64,000 nt of DNA from a candidate division FCPU426 bacterium (GCA_963840035.1 CAWIXE010000002.1:864001-928000); one strand, 5' to 3'. Positions 20,819 through 31,388 are shown, numbered from the stretch's first letter. The notes: generated from the sequence alone by a model not told the origin. Numbers and translations: made by a program.

Positions 20819-21505
20819 TTAAATCATGCCAAAATCAAATGTCGCTATAAGCCTTTTATCGTCCATGTTTTTTGCCGTGTTTAAAGGAGGGTAAAATTCG
20901 TGGACATCAAGATTTGTATCCGTATAACGGAGCTGCAGTCCGTAGCCGACCGGCTCATTGCCATCTTTACCGGCGGCGTAAACACCCGCGCACCAGTAAT
21001 AACCCAGTCCTGACGCGGTACGCACGCTGTAATTTTCAACGTTGCTTAAACCTGTTTCCGAAGATGTATTAAGGTATCCGCCGCCGCCCGCTGTAATAAT
21101 AATCCGGGTAGAAGGTACCTGATAATAGAATTTCAGCCCAAAAGGCATGGCCAGCGCCATACCTCCTTCGCTTGTCTGCGAGCCGGCCAGCCCGCTCCCC
21201 GAATAAATACCGGTTACAGTCACTTTTTTATCGCTTGCAATCCCCGTAAACCCGGCAAGACCGCATAACTCGACGCCAAGCCACGGTATAAATCTGTATG
21301 TGGCTGAAAAGTCCAGTTCAAATCCGCCTGTATTCCACACCGATGTTATATCGCCAAGGGTGGCCATATAACCAATACCCATGCGAAATCCGAATCCCGG
21401 ATTTACAATCATGTCCCCCACAGGCCCGCCGTCAGTTTCGGCGTGGATTGCCAAAGAAGAAAAGATAAACAGCGATAAAATAAAAACAAACAGTTTTTTA
21501 TTCAT
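20819..21505 (-). CDS. Outer-membrane beta-barrel protein
   Basis: Signal peptide; Gly/aromatic-rich amphipathic strands. Confidence 0.7.
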   Translation of the reverse strand: MNKKLFVFILSLFIFSSLAIHAETDGGPVGDMIVNPGFGFRMGIGYMATLGDITSVWNTGGFELDFSATYRFIPWLGVELCGLAGFTGIASDKKVTVTGIYSGSGLAGSQTSEGGMALAMPFGLKFYYQVPSTRIIITAGGGGYLNTSSETGLSNVENYSVRTASGLGYYWCAGVYAAGKDGNEPVGYGLQLRYTDTNLDVHEFYPPLNTAKNMDDKRLIATFDFGMI

Positions 21506-21693
21506 TTGTCCCCCTAATACTTAATTACACATGCAATTACATTATTATATCGATTATTCTTTGTCAACGCTTAAATGTTACGGCTATCTTTAAGCGTGGA
21601 CCCCCGCATATATTAAAATATCCTAAGCCAAAAACATCCGCACCCAAAGCCCTTCTATAATAAAAGCAACCCACACCCTTCTCCTGTCTACTA

Positions 21694-23499
21694 TCACCTT
21701 TCTGAATCTTTTGAAGTTGCCTTCAAAGTAAACTTCACTGCCAGGCCGCCTTTTTCCGACCGTTGAGCCCACATTTTACCGCCGTGTATCTCCGCTATTT
21801 TTCTGCATATGGCCAGCCCCATTCCGTTTCCGGGGTAGTTTTCCCTGTCAAGCAGCCTTTCAAAGACGCCAAATATGGTTTCCAGATAAGTTTCTGCGAC
21901 CCCGGCACCGTCATCCTCAAAAGTAAACTCAACTTCCTGGCCGCGGGATACCGCGGAGACCCATATATTAACCGGGATCCTGCCTGAGAACATTATGGAA
22001 TTGTCAATGAGCCTTCTGAAGATGTCGTTTAATAGCACCTGCGGGCAGTATACCTGCGGCAAATCCGTGGAGACGATAACAGCTTTGTTTTCCAGGCCGC
22101 GCGACTCTTCCTTAAGCGCCGCGGACGGGTTTCCCGGCAGATTCTCACCGGAGAGATAATCAACGTTAATATATTCCCTCATATCCCTTATGAGAAGGTG
22201 CAGCCTTTTCGCGTAATTCACGGCTGTCTCAATATCGGAGTTTGACTCCTTATCCAGCTGGTCCTTTTTACGCAGCAGCACGCGCTGCAGCACGTTTACT
22301 ATGCCCAGCACCGGCTCCATTAAATCGTGGTGCGAAGCCTTGTTAAACTCGGTGGCTGTCCTGGCTTTTTGTGTGAGTTTGATATTGGCGTTGTCGAGTT
22401 CCATGGTCCGTTCCTTTACCATGGCTTCCAGCGTATCCCTGTATTTTTTAAGCTCGTTTTGCGTGATACTCAGCTCGGTAATGTCGGTTAACACAGCCAC
22501 CGCGCCGGCCTGTATATTGCTGCGTTTTAGAAGTGCCACAGCCACGTGGCAGTACATCCATTCGCCCGCGGCCTTAACCTTCATCTGCGCGGACGCGGTA
22601 TTTTCTTTTTTAGCCTTTTCCATGATGGAGTCATACGCGGCTTTTCCGCCTTCAAGTATGGAGCTGAATTCCATCATTTCAACCTGGCTTTCATTTAACC
22701 CCATCTTTAAAACAAACGACCTGTTCGCCTTTGCTATCTTTCCTGCGGGCTCGACTAAGAGCATCATTTCCGAAGAGGTGTTAAATACGGCTGAAGCGGC
22801 AAATGCGGGGGTTAGTTCGATAAAGCCATAGAGGCGGATGGCGGCTGCCATGCCGAGCGTCACGATAAGTATGATTACGTTTGTGGGGATGTTGACATCT
22901 TTAAATGGCCCTATCAGCTTTGAGGCGTAAACTAAAAATACGGAAATTGCCGCGGTTGTGAGTATTATTATGCCCTGCCTGCGCTTTAACCCCGGAGCTT
23001 CGTGGTATGTCTGTGAAGCAAGTATGAAAACAGTGCCGATTACCAGGAAGTCATCCAGCCGCGAATAAATAAAGCCGTCAAGGCCTGAGACCACGATCTT
23101 CCACTCCTGCCCCGCCCTTACAAGGTGCTGTATCATCCCCGACCATGTCAGGGCTGTAAAGACGGCCGCGTATAGGGCCATGACCAGGTAAAGATAAGGG
23201 CTGTTGGAGAGTTTGTTTTTTTCATTAAAGCCAAGGCAGAGCAAAAATGCCAGGGCTGAATTGGATATCATGAGGGGTATGGTTATAAAGAAACCGACCC
23301 CGGCCAGCTGAGCGTCCGCACAGGTATTAAAAAAAACAGCCCGGTTAAAACTGATGATGCCAAAGGCCACAAGAAACAAAAACAGCAGCATCCGGAGCCG
23401 CATGTTCATGACGCCGCCGGAAAAAACCGCAACGGCGAAAATCATGTAGAAAAGAAAACAGGTGAAATGAATTATTGTAATTGCGTCGATGCAAATCAT
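21694..23499 (-). CDS. Multi-TM PAS-domain sensor histidine kinase
   Basis: About 7 TMs, PAS, H-box SHHDLMEP, N-box LIDNS, DDGAG, GNGMGLAIC. Start moved to ATG 23499 (GGAG RBS); the ORF track gives 23589. Confidence 0.9.
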   Translation of the reverse strand: MICIDAITIIHFTCFLFYMIFAVAVFSGGVMNMRLRMLLFLFLVAFGIISFNRAVFFNTCADAQLAGVGFFITIPLMISNSALAFLLCLGFNEKNKLSNSPYLYLVMALYAAVFTALTWSGMIQHLVRAGQEWKIVVSGLDGFIYSRLDDFLVIGTVFILASQTYHEAPGLKRRQGIIILTTAAISVFLVYASKLIGPFKDVNIPTNVIILIVTLGMAAAIRLYGFIELTPAFAASAVFNTSSEMMLLVEPAGKIAKANRSFVLKMGLNESQVEMMEFSSILEGGKAAYDSIMEKAKKENTASAQMKVKAAGEWMYCHVAVALLKRSNIQAGAVAVLTDITELSITQNELKKYRDTLEAMVKERTMELDNANIKLTQKARTATEFNKASHHDLMEPVLGIVNVLQRVLLRKKDQLDKESNSDIETAVNYAKRLHLLIRDMREYINVDYLSGENLPGNPSAALKEESRGLENKAVIVSTDLPQVYCPQVLLNDIFRRLIDNSIMFSGRIPVNIWVSAVSRGQEVEFTFEDDGAGVAETYLETIFGVFERLLDRENYPGNGMGLAICRKIAEIHGGKMWAQRSEKGGLAVKFTLKATSKDSER

Positions 23500-23591
23500 G
23501 ATATCTCCATGCGCCTTAAGGCGTTTATAAGATAATAATACATCAGATACGGGTTTCGTGCAAGGGTGTCTGTTTTGTAGCGGCCGCATAT

Positions 23592-23642
23592 CCTTCGATA
23601 TACTAAGGCTTCATTAATAATGATTCCCGAGCCTGCCGAAGG
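23592..23642. repeat. CCTTCGAC..CTCAGG / CCTGAGCCTGTCGAAGG palindromic family (also ~27725-27775, ~35388-35404, ~42205-42220)
   Basis: ccttcgatatactaagg...ccgagcctgccgaagg plus related copies. Confidence 0.6.
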
Positions 23643-23671
23643 AACATGTGTCCGGCCGATTATGCCCCGGA

Positions 23672-24031
23672 CTACTGTGCGGCGCCAAATCTTGACATGG
23701 CTTCCCTGAGGGTTGGAAAAGATACTATTATATGATGTAATTCAAGGAGTTCAAATACTTCCTTTACGCGGTCGTTCATGCCGCATAAATAAATATCGCC
23801 TTTTTTAATGCGGGCAGACTTTACATTTGATATAAATACCGACCAGCCCGCGCTGCTTATGTATTCGGTTTTACTGAGCTCAACCACTATTTTAGACCTG
23901 TTTTCGACAAGGAGCCCGGTTATCGCCGCCATCAGGTCATCATGGGTGGTTGAATCGAGCCTTCCCTGGACGCTTACAAGGGATATGTCATCGCTGTTTT
24001 TAATGTTGTATTCCATATCCATGATATTCAC
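23672..24031 (-). CDS. STAS domain anti-sigma factor antagonist
   Basis: GRLDS, ELSKTEYISSAG, VKEVFELL. Confidence 0.9.
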   Translation of the reverse strand: MNIMDMEYNIKNSDDISLVSVQGRLDSTTHDDLMAAITGLLVENRSKIVVELSKTEYISSAGWSVFISNVKSARIKKGDIYLCGMNDRVKEVFELLELHHIIVSFPTLREAMSRFGAAQ

Positions 24032-24107
24032 CCCGTTTACATCTTATAACAATTATAGTCATGGAACCCGTATAAGTCAATTTTTGTCCGGCTATGATTT
24101 ATTATAA

Positions 24108-24135
24108 TATTGCCCGGGCGAAAGCCCGGGCAATA
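24108..24135. terminator. 12-bp hairpin with GAAA loop
   Basis: tattgcccgggc-gaaa-gcccgggcaata downstream of 24174..24884. Confidence 0.6.
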
Positions 24136-24173
24136 GACATTGATCAGTTTTCAATTTTCGATTTTCGGGTATT

Positions 24174-24884
24174 TCAGTCCTCCCGCCACAGCGTTACATC
24201 GCGCATCTGCTTTTTTACGGCCTTCCACTCCGGCAAATACCTGCCCAGCAGCGCCTTAAAAACCTTCCCGTGGCCGCGTTCTTTTAAATGCAGTATCTCG
24301 TGCAGCACCACATAATCCAGCCATTCTTCCGGCCATTTTACCAGTTCCAGGTTCAGCCATATCCTCGCGGCCCGCGTATTGCAGGTGCCCCAGCGCGTTT
24401 TCATTGATTTAATTCCCCAGCTGTTTACCTTAAGCCCTGTAATGTTTTGCCATTTCAGGATGTATTCCGGGGTCCTGTCCTTCATGACTTTCCTGTACCA
24501 TTTATCCATTGCGTCCGCTTTCTTCTTCCTGCTGATGCCTTTGCGGGCTTTAAACTCCAGGACCCCGTCATTACGCAGATAAACGCCTCCTGAACCGGAT
24601 GAGTCAATCACCTGAAGAGGATATTTTTTGCCGAAGAGAGGGTGGGTTTCGCCGTTTACGTACTGCTTTTTGACCGGCGGTTTTTGCCCGGCGTATTTTG
24701 CCAGGTGTTTTTTTATCCAGGATATTTTTGACGCAACAAACCCGCGTATTTTTTCTTCGGACATAAGCCATGGCGCCGTAACGCGGACACCCGTCCCCGG
24801 GGACACGACAAGCCGCATGTTCTTAACCGGCTTATTTGTTACCTTAATTATCACGCCCGCCACTTCTATTTCATACACACTCAA
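24174..24884 (-). CDS. YgjP/DUF45 (M48-like) zinc metallopeptidase-fold protein
   Basis: MKTRWGTC, LNLEL, DYVVLHEILHL...H. Confidence 0.9.
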   Translation of the reverse strand: MSVYEIEVAGVIIKVTNKPVKNMRLVVSPGTGVRVTAPWLMSEEKIRGFVASKISWIKKHLAKYAGQKPPVKKQYVNGETHPLFGKKYPLQVIDSSGSGGVYLRNDGVLEFKARKGISRKKKADAMDKWYRKVMKDRTPEYILKWQNITGLKVNSWGIKSMKTRWGTCNTRAARIWLNLELVKWPEEWLDYVVLHEILHLKERGHGKVFKALLGRYLPEWKAVKKQMRDVTLWRED

Positions 24885-25017
24885 CGCTCCTGTGCGTCCG
24901 GAAATTACCGCCTGTAATTAATTCATACACGATCCTCGGAGGCCGCGATCCTGACGCGTATATGATTATATCAAATATCAGGGCGCATTCGCCAGGAATT
25001 ATAATAAGGCACGGCGG

Positions 25018-25452
25018 CTATTTATTTTTTCCGCCCTTTTGCCAGCGGGCCGGCTTTTCCCCGGTAAAATATTCCCTGATTTTCGCCACTATCTGCGCGT
25101 CCGTCATCTTATCTTTTGCCTCGACTGACTCCACTTTCATCCTGAATTTTTCTTTATTCATGGCTTTTATCAGTTCGCCCTTAGCCGGGCCGGGCCCCAT
25201 GATAAAGACGGACTGCGCGGCGTCCAATGATTCCATTATATTTTTATAAAAATTCTCCAGGTGCATTTCATAATCCCTTTTTTGTTTGTCATCGGCTCCT
25301 GCCATATGGGTTTCGTTTGGCGCTTTTATCCTCCCCCGTATTAGCGTATTTTCCGCGTCAGAAAGCACAACCATCACATTTTCCACATTGTCGGTGCGCA
25401 TTACGATAAAAGCCCTCCTGTGGTCAATCCATAAACCAGCGTTTTTTTTCAT
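25018..25452 (-). CDS. eRF1-domain-like (baeRF-related) protein
   Basis: GLWIDHRRA, IMGPGPAK.EL, DKMTD.QIVAK.REYF; ATG 25452 with GGGGAG RBS. Confidence 0.7.
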   Translation of the reverse strand: MKKNAGLWIDHRRAFIVMRTDNVENVMVVLSDAENTLIRGRIKAPNETHMAGADDKQKRDYEMHLENFYKNIMESLDAAQSVFIMGPGPAKGELIKAMNKEKFRMKVESVEAKDKMTDAQIVAKIREYFTGEKPARWQKGGKNK

Positions 25453-25943
25453 GCTCCCCCGCCTTTTCGGACATAAAACGCGCAAATAAAAAACGCGGTT
25501 TAATCCGTTATTTTTGGGCTTTGAGAAAGACTGTGCCCTGAAAGTATCCCTACTAAATAGATACTATGTAATTTTGAAATAATCAAGTTTTTAGGGTGTT
25601 TTTTTTAATGAAACTGCCTTATCCCGAGTAATCGCGGCTGCCTGTTTGCCTGTATTGAATTATTTTATGCCGTTATTTCTCCAGCAGAGCCGAGAGCGTC
25701 TCAAAGTCTTTTATCATTTCCTTAGTCGTTGGAGGGTTTGACGGCTCTGATATGGAGACATTGCCGGATCCTCCGCTTGTATAAAAGATAAAGGCAAGTT
25801 TTCCGTTGTAGTTGTCTATCCTGTCGGATATTTCCGTTAAAACTCTTTTCTTTTCCCCGTCAGCCCCGGCCCTTATATTATACTGGAAAACAAATTATTT
25901 TATCAAGAGGATATTCAAAGGAAAAAAGAAGTTATGAATCCAA

Positions 25944-26100
25944 CCCTGCGGGCCGCCACATAGGGCGGCCCCTACAGGGACGGTTTTGGTGTATGTTTTA
26001 ATTTTTTAAATTTCTGTAGGGGCGACCCCATGTGGTCGCCCGCCACGTTGGTTCTGTTTTAGATCCTGCCCTGCGGCCCGATACGCAGGTCGACACTACA
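25944..26100. repeat. Cluster of GTAG-type REP-like hairpins
   Basis: gggccgcc..ggcggcccctac; gtaggggcgacc..ggtcgccc; a degenerate third copy. Confidence 0.7.
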
Positions 26101-26152
26101 AGATCCGTAATTGTCTGCCACCCACTACGCACTACCCACTACCCACAACTCA

Positions 26153-26587
26153 CTACCTTCCCGACCGCTTCACAATCACCTTCCCGTACATGGACGCAAT
26201 CTCAGTAAGCTTTTTATACTCAGGCCCGCCTTTGTTAAGCGAACAGCCGCCCTTAATTATAACCGTACCTTTCTCCATCAGGAAAGGATATTCCCTGCAG
26301 CTTACAGGCCTGCTGTCATAGATTTGGCATTTGCGCTTTTCAGGGTCAAACTGCCTGCAGAAGCTTTTGCTTTCAATACTGTAAAATCCCTTAGTGCCGG
26401 CAGGCTTTATCCCCAGTTCCTTATAATCTTCAGGTTTTATATTCCCGCCAAATATCGTTATCAGCTCATCGCCGTCCACATGCAAAGAAACATTCAGCAT
26501 ATCGCAGCATGTCTTATCGCATTTTGTCATGCAAAAATGGCCGAAGTATTCCCGTTTCCACTTGGCAAAATCGCGCTCAAATCCCAT
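26153..26587 (-). CDS. YkgJ family cysteine-cluster (Fe-S) protein, paralog 1
   Basis: CxxxCxxxCC ... C ... CxIYxxRPxxCRxYPF. Confidence 0.88.
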   Translation of the reverse strand: MGFERDFAKWKREYFGHFCMTKCDKTCCDMLNVSLHVDGDELITIFGGNIKPEDYKELGIKPAGTKGFYSIESKSFCRQFDPEKRKCQIYDSRPVSCREYPFLMEKGTVIIKGGCSLNKGGPEYKKLTEIASMYGKVIVKRSGR

Positions 26588-26676
26588 TTGATAACACCAC
26601 CTTAATTATTTACTTCACTGTTTAAAAAACCCTGAAACCCACTGCCTTATACTTTTATGATTTGTGTGTTGTTTTT

Positions 26677-26751
26677 GTAGGGGCAAGCCGGTGGCTCGCC
26701 CGGCCTTCGATCTTGGATCTAAACCCGGGCGAGCCACCGGCTCGCCCCTAC
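26677..26751. repeat. Inverted REP-like pair (REPIN-like)
   Basis: gtaggggcaagccggtggctcgcccgg...ccgggcgagccaccggctcgcccctac. Confidence 0.8.
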
Positions 26752-26787
26752 GAAATCAAAATAATCGCGTTAACGGACAATTAACCG

Positions 26788-27576
26788 CTAATAATTACAG
26801 TAATGAAGACTCACCCTGTTCTGATACCCTGATTGATAATTCCACGAAGAGCCTCCTGGAGGAGGCGTGCCTGCTATTATTGTGTCATAGCTGTAGCTGT
26901 AAATAAAGTGTCCGTATGAAGCGTTTGCATCATCCTGTATGTTCGCGCTCTTTGATTTGACCAGCAGATGGTAACGCGTCCCGGCTGTCAATATGGTATC
27001 CGCAATCGGCGCGATATATGTCCCGGCTGCCGGCGCGTACTGCGCCCCGGTTGAAACAATCATTGTTCCGGGATAATTGCCGCCGTTATCAGTATATATG
27101 GCCGCCCAGTAATTTGTCGCGTTTGCCAGGCCGACGGATATGTAATTGACTGTTATTGTCCCTGCCGGAGTGTACGGTTCAGCGTATACCCATGCTGAGG
27201 TGGCTGAGCCTGATGCCGCGCCGGTATTGGCGTTTCCCAGCAAAAACACGCATGTCGGCGCCGGCGTAGACGTGGGTGTGGCTGTCGGGGATATATCGTT
27301 AGTGGATGTAGGCGTTGCAGTGACAGATGCGGTTGCGGTCCCTGTCATAGTGGCTGTCTTTGTATATGTGCGCGAAGATGTGGCAGAAGGCGTTGATGTC
27401 ATGGTCCTGGTTTTTGTGGCGGTTATGGTCGTGGATTTAGTGCGTGTGGCAGTAACCGTGCATGTGTTTGTATTTGAAATTGTCCCCGGCCCTGTGGAAG
27501 GGTTATTTTTTTTACAACCTGCCGATAATGTTAATGCGATAATCACCGTAAGAACCGTAAATGTTTTTATTCTCAT
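26788..27576 (-). CDS. Thr-rich stalk lipoprotein with C-terminal beta-sandwich
   Basis: SAGC-KKNNP lipobox and (T-x)n tract; C-terminal domain homologous to that of 45772..46695. Confidence 0.8.
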   Translation of the reverse strand: MRIKTFTVLTVIIALTLSAGCKKNNPSTGPGTISNTNTCTVTATRTKSTTITATKTRTMTSTPSATSSRTYTKTATMTGTATASVTATPTSTNDISPTATPTSTPAPTCVFLLGNANTGAASGSATSAWVYAEPYTPAGTITVNYISVGLANATNYWAAIYTDNGGNYPGTMIVSTGAQYAPAAGTYIAPIADTILTAGTRYHLLVKSKSANIQDDANASYGHFIYSYSYDTIIAGTPPPGGSSWNYQSGYQNRVSLHYCNY

Positions 27577-27884
27577 GTATCCAACCCCGCGCTTTAGTCT
27601 GAATTACTTTTACAGTATGGGATTATAAATTATACAGGGGGAAATGACAATGACTATTTTCGGAATTATAGTCGGATTGGATTCATTGGAAACAAGCACG
27701 AATGCTCTGCGCGCCGGGCGAATATCCTTCGACATACTCAGGATTCATTGCAATAATAATTCCTGAACCTGCCGAAAATTAATGCGCACAGGCCCTTGCG
27801 CCAAGCATCAAAATAACGCCCGGCCTTTACAGCTTGCTGACCAACCGCAACCCGGCACAAAACCTTGAGCGTTTGAGACACCCG

Positions 27885-28781
27885 CTACCACACATTCTCC
27901 CCCGGCTCCGCCTTCAACTCCACCGTCTCTCCGCTCACCGGCATCACAAACCCGACCTTAAAAGCATGCAGCCTCTGCCCCGGCTGTGGATCCTCCGGTC
28001 CAGCCAGCTTTATGTCCAGTTCCAGGTCTCCGTAAATCTTGTCCCCCACCACCGGATGCCCCATATGCTTCATGTGTACCCGTATCTGATGAGTCCGCCC
28101 TGTTTTGAGAATTATTTTAAGCAGGGTTGTGGTTTTGTTTTGGGTTACGGGTTCATAAAGCGTATGCGCGCTCTGGCCCCCTGTTAAAACAACTGTGCGC
28201 ACATTTTCCCCGCGCCGGGTTTCTGAAAGGCGCGCGGTTATTTCCCCGGCCTTTGTAACCCTGCCATGCACCAGGCACAGGTATTCTTTATGAATATCGC
28301 GGCTTTCCATAACCTTTACCAGGGCGGAGGCCGCCGCCTTATTAAGCGCGACTAAAACAATACCGGACGTTTCCCTGTCCAATCGGTTTATGACATGGAT
28401 TGTATTATCAGGATAAAGCGCCTTTACCCCGTTTGCCAGGGTATTGGATTCCCTGTGGGCGGTAGGATGCACCAGCATGCCCGCCTCTTTATTCACGGCG
28501 ATGAAATCTTTATGCGTGTATATGATTTTAAGCGGGATATCGCAAGGTATGACTTCCACAGGGTTCCTGTCGTAGTACATATAGCGCACATCATCAGAGG
28601 CCTTCACGACACGGTGATATTTCTTCTGTACCCGCATGTTAACCCAGACAAACCCCTGGTCTATCATTTCCCGGGCCTGTTGCCTGGTAACGGAAGCGGC
28701 GGTCTTTATAAACATATCCAGCCGCACACCCCTGCCGTCCATGCCCGCGATTAAAAGCCGTGATTGTAAGTTTTTATCCAT
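27885..28781 (-). CDS. rluD: RluA-family pseudouridine synthase with S4 domain (RluD-like)
   Basis: RLD S4 start, NKEAGMLVHP, NRLDRETSG, GRTHQIRVH, GDKIYG, LHA. Confidence 0.88.
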   Translation of the reverse strand: MDKNLQSRLLIAGMDGRGVRLDMFIKTAASVTRQQAREMIDQGFVWVNMRVQKKYHRVVKASDDVRYMYYDRNPVEVIPCDIPLKIIYTHKDFIAVNKEAGMLVHPTAHRESNTLANGVKALYPDNTIHVINRLDRETSGIVLVALNKAAASALVKVMESRDIHKEYLCLVHGRVTKAGEITARLSETRRGENVRTVVLTGGQSAHTLYEPVTQNKTTTLLKIILKTGRTHQIRVHMKHMGHPVVGDKIYGDLELDIKLAGPEDPQPGQRLHAFKVGFVMPVSGETVELKAEPGENVW

Positions 28782-28964
28782 GGAAATATGATAACACTAT
28801 TGGGGGCATTAGGCAAACCGGTTACACGATCTGATAAGTCTTATACTGTCCTATATCGTCCTATTAGCATTTATGATTTTCCCTGGTTTACGCCAAGCAA
28901 CAGCAAATACCGTCGAATGACGAATCGCCCGCCGTTATGGATTATTGCGAAAGACAGGATTATG

Positions 28965-29393
28965 TCAGCGCCGTTTAACAGTTGCCTTCCCATACAAAGA
29001 AGCGATTCCAACAAGCTTCTTATACTCCGGCCCGCCCCTTGCAAGACAGCATCCGCTTTTTATCACAAGGGTGTCCTTTTCCACCAGGAAAGGATATTCC
29101 CTGCAGCTTAAAGGCCTGCTCTCATATATAAGGCATTTACGCGTACTGTCGTCGAATTTTTTGCAGATGCATTTGCTTTCTATGCTGTATATCCATTTTG
29201 CGTTGGATGTTTTAATGCCCAGTTCCTTATAATTTTCAGGGTCAATATTATCGCCAAATATCCTTGTCAGTTCCGCATAGTTGACATACAAAGAAACCTT
29301 CCGCGAATCGCAGCAGGTTTTAACGCACTTTGTCATGCAATAGTTTCCGAAATACTCGGTTTTCCAGTTTTCAAAATCCGTTTCAAACCCCAT
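28965..29393 (-). CDS. YkgJ family cysteine-cluster protein, paralog 2
   Basis: Same motifs as, and colinear with, 26153..26587. Confidence 0.88.
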   Translation of the reverse strand: MGFETDFENWKTEYFGNYCMTKCVKTCCDSRKVSLYVNYAELTRIFGDNIDPENYKELGIKTSNAKWIYSIESKCICKKFDDSTRKCLIYESRPLSCREYPFLVEKDTLVIKSGCCLARGGPEYKKLVGIASLYGKATVKRR

Positions 29394-29518
29394 CGATTTA
29401 CCCCGATATGGCCATAAGTCAGGCCATGCTTATTACTTTTTGTACTTTTACATTTTTCGGCGCCATTGATTTATTCACTCAGGTATCAGATAAAAGCCTT
29501 ACCCTTCTTTACCCGTTT

Positions 29519-30709
29519 CTACCCGCCGTTTTTTATCACATTTGTGATTACATTTATCATTGTTTCCTTTTCCTTCGGGCTGCTCACAGCCGCGAGCAGA
29601 GTAAGCGCGGCAAGCGCCCCGTCACTGACCCGCTTTTCGCCGGTTTTCAGGTAAAGTATGGAGTTTTTTGACATGTAGTGGAGGAAGAGTATAGCGGCCA
29701 GCCTTTTGTTGCCGTCAGTAAAAGGATGGTCCTTTACGGCGAAGTATAGAAGGTGGGCAGCCTTTTCTTCCACTGTGGGATACAGTTCCCTGCCGTCAAA
29801 AGTCTGGTTTATCGCGCCGATTAAGGACTTCAGTTTTCCCGTGTGCCCCGCACCGAAAAGCGCCGAACCCTTTTTATATTCTTTTTTGGCTTTTTCCACA
29901 ACGCTTAAAGCGTCTTCCACGGTAAGTTCATATGCCGGCCTGGACAAACCGCCTGCTTTAAGCGCCATATCGTCATAGTCCTGAAGTATTTCCAGTGAAC
30001 CCGAATAATCCGAGATTAAGTTTATGAGCTCTGTTTCCATTCCTTTAGAGCCGGGCAGTTTTACCGCTTCGTTTAATGCTTTTACCGCGGCTTTCAGGTT
30101 CTTCAGGCTTTTGAGTTCACGGCTTACCCTTTTTTCATTTATCGCGAAACCTTCGATCATGTATTTTTTTAATACGCTGCTTGCCCATATCCTGAACCTC
30201 GTGGCTTTCCTGGAATTCACCCTGTAACCAACCGAGAGCACCGCGTCCAGGTTATAGGCATCCACCGCCCTTTTTACTTTCCTGCGTCCTTCATCCTGAA
30301 CTATTTCCATTTTGGAAAAAGTTGCCTCGTGACGCAATTCGCCTTCCCTGTAAATGTTACCCAGATGCTTTGAAACAGCCGGCACTTTAACGCCAAACAA
30401 CCCGGCTATCTGAGCCTGAGTCATCCAGATAGTGCCGTCCACAAGCCTGCCTTCAATGCCGGGGCCTGAGTCCTCAGCCCTGTAAATGACTATATGCCCG
30501 GGCCCGGCCGGTTCTTCCCCGAGTAAGTATTCGCTGTCTATGGAAGACTCCGCCACAACATAAGCCCTGCCTGAACGCTCGGCCTTAATAACGCCATTTT
30601 TTACCTTTTTAAACACAGCAACCCTGCTGATCCCCATAAGCTTTGCCAGCTCAGGTATGCTGTAGTATGCCTTCTTTTCCACACATCCTCCAGAGTTAAC
30701 CATTAACAT
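29519..30709 (-). CDS. HTH + RhuM-like + Fic/Doc domain protein
   Basis: SIPELAKLMGISRVAV HTH; YNLDAVLSVGYRVNS..AT.FR.WA (RhuM); HPFTDGNKR (Fic). Likely start GTG 30682. Confidence 0.9.
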   Translation of the reverse strand: MLMVNSGGCVEKKAYYSIPELAKLMGISRVAVFKKVKNGVIKAERSGRAYVVAESSIDSEYLLGEEPAGPGHIVIYRAEDSGPGIEGRLVDGTIWMTQAQIAGLFGVKVPAVSKHLGNIYREGELRHEATFSKMEIVQDEGRRKVKRAVDAYNLDAVLSVGYRVNSRKATRFRIWASSVLKKYMIEGFAINEKRVSRELKSLKNLKAAVKALNEAVKLPGSKGMETELINLISDYSGSLEILQDYDDMALKAGGLSRPAYELTVEDALSVVEKAKKEYKKGSALFGAGHTGKLKSLIGAINQTFDGRELYPTVEEKAAHLLYFAVKDHPFTDGNKRLAAILFLHYMSKNSILYLKTGEKRVSDGALAALTLLAAVSSPKEKETMINVITNVIKNGG

Positions 30710-30721
30710 GCATTCGCGGTG

Positions 30722-30745
30722 GTTAACTTACGCTTAAAGTTAACA
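30722..30745. promoter_or_regulatory. Palindromic putative operator upstream of the RhuM-Fic gene
   Basis: gttaacttta-cgct-taaagttaac. Confidence 0.55.
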
Positions 30746-30865
30746 TAAGCAGGCAAAATAAGCAATATTATTATAAAGTGTTATCGTGGTCCACAGGTGA
30801 GAATCTTAAGGTTTATTATATGGTGTTATATACTAATCATCAGCCGGGCGATTCACTTCATCGTC

Positions 30866-31225
30866 TCACGCTTTATCAAGCGCGTCTAATGCCTGTTCTT
30901 TCGTCTCAAACAGCAGCATGTTTTTCCTTCCGGTAAAAAACAAAACAGCCCTGTACACAACCGCCTGGACACCGCTTACATTATATAACGCGGACCGTTT
31001 AACGTATGGGGTATTATCACGCACATATTCCTTAAATGCCTGGACAACCCTGGAGTCAAACCTGGAATTTTTGAAGTTTGCGAGCACCAGTGCGGAACCC
31101 GCCGGCTGGGCAGCCACAAGGGCTTTGGCCTCTTTTATTAATTCCAGTATCGTGTCCGGGTCCTGGCCCGAATAGTCTGTGACAACAATCTTTTTCCCCT
31201 TATACTCGCCCATCTCAACAGCCAT
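30866..31225 (-). CDS. STAS/SEC14-like (SpoIIAA-like) small protein
   Basis: YKGK.I...DYS, KRSALY.VSG, FETKEQALD pattern. Confidence 0.7.
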   Translation of the reverse strand: MAVEMGEYKGKKIVVTDYSGQDPDTILELIKEAKALVAAQPAGSALVLANFKNSRFDSRVVQAFKEYVRDNTPYVKRSALYNVSGVQAVVYRAVLFFTGRKNMLLFETKEQALDALDKA

Positions 31226-31388
31226 TTTTCACCGCCTTTAAGTTTTATTCCCCCATTGAGCCGTATAAATATTTTCACAGACAATTTTATGATCTGATTG
31301 TTTTTCGTAGGGACGAGCCCAGCTTCGCCGGACATGGCCGGCGGCTCGCCCGGCATATATGAGGTTAAGGTCTGTTGCCTTTTTTGAT

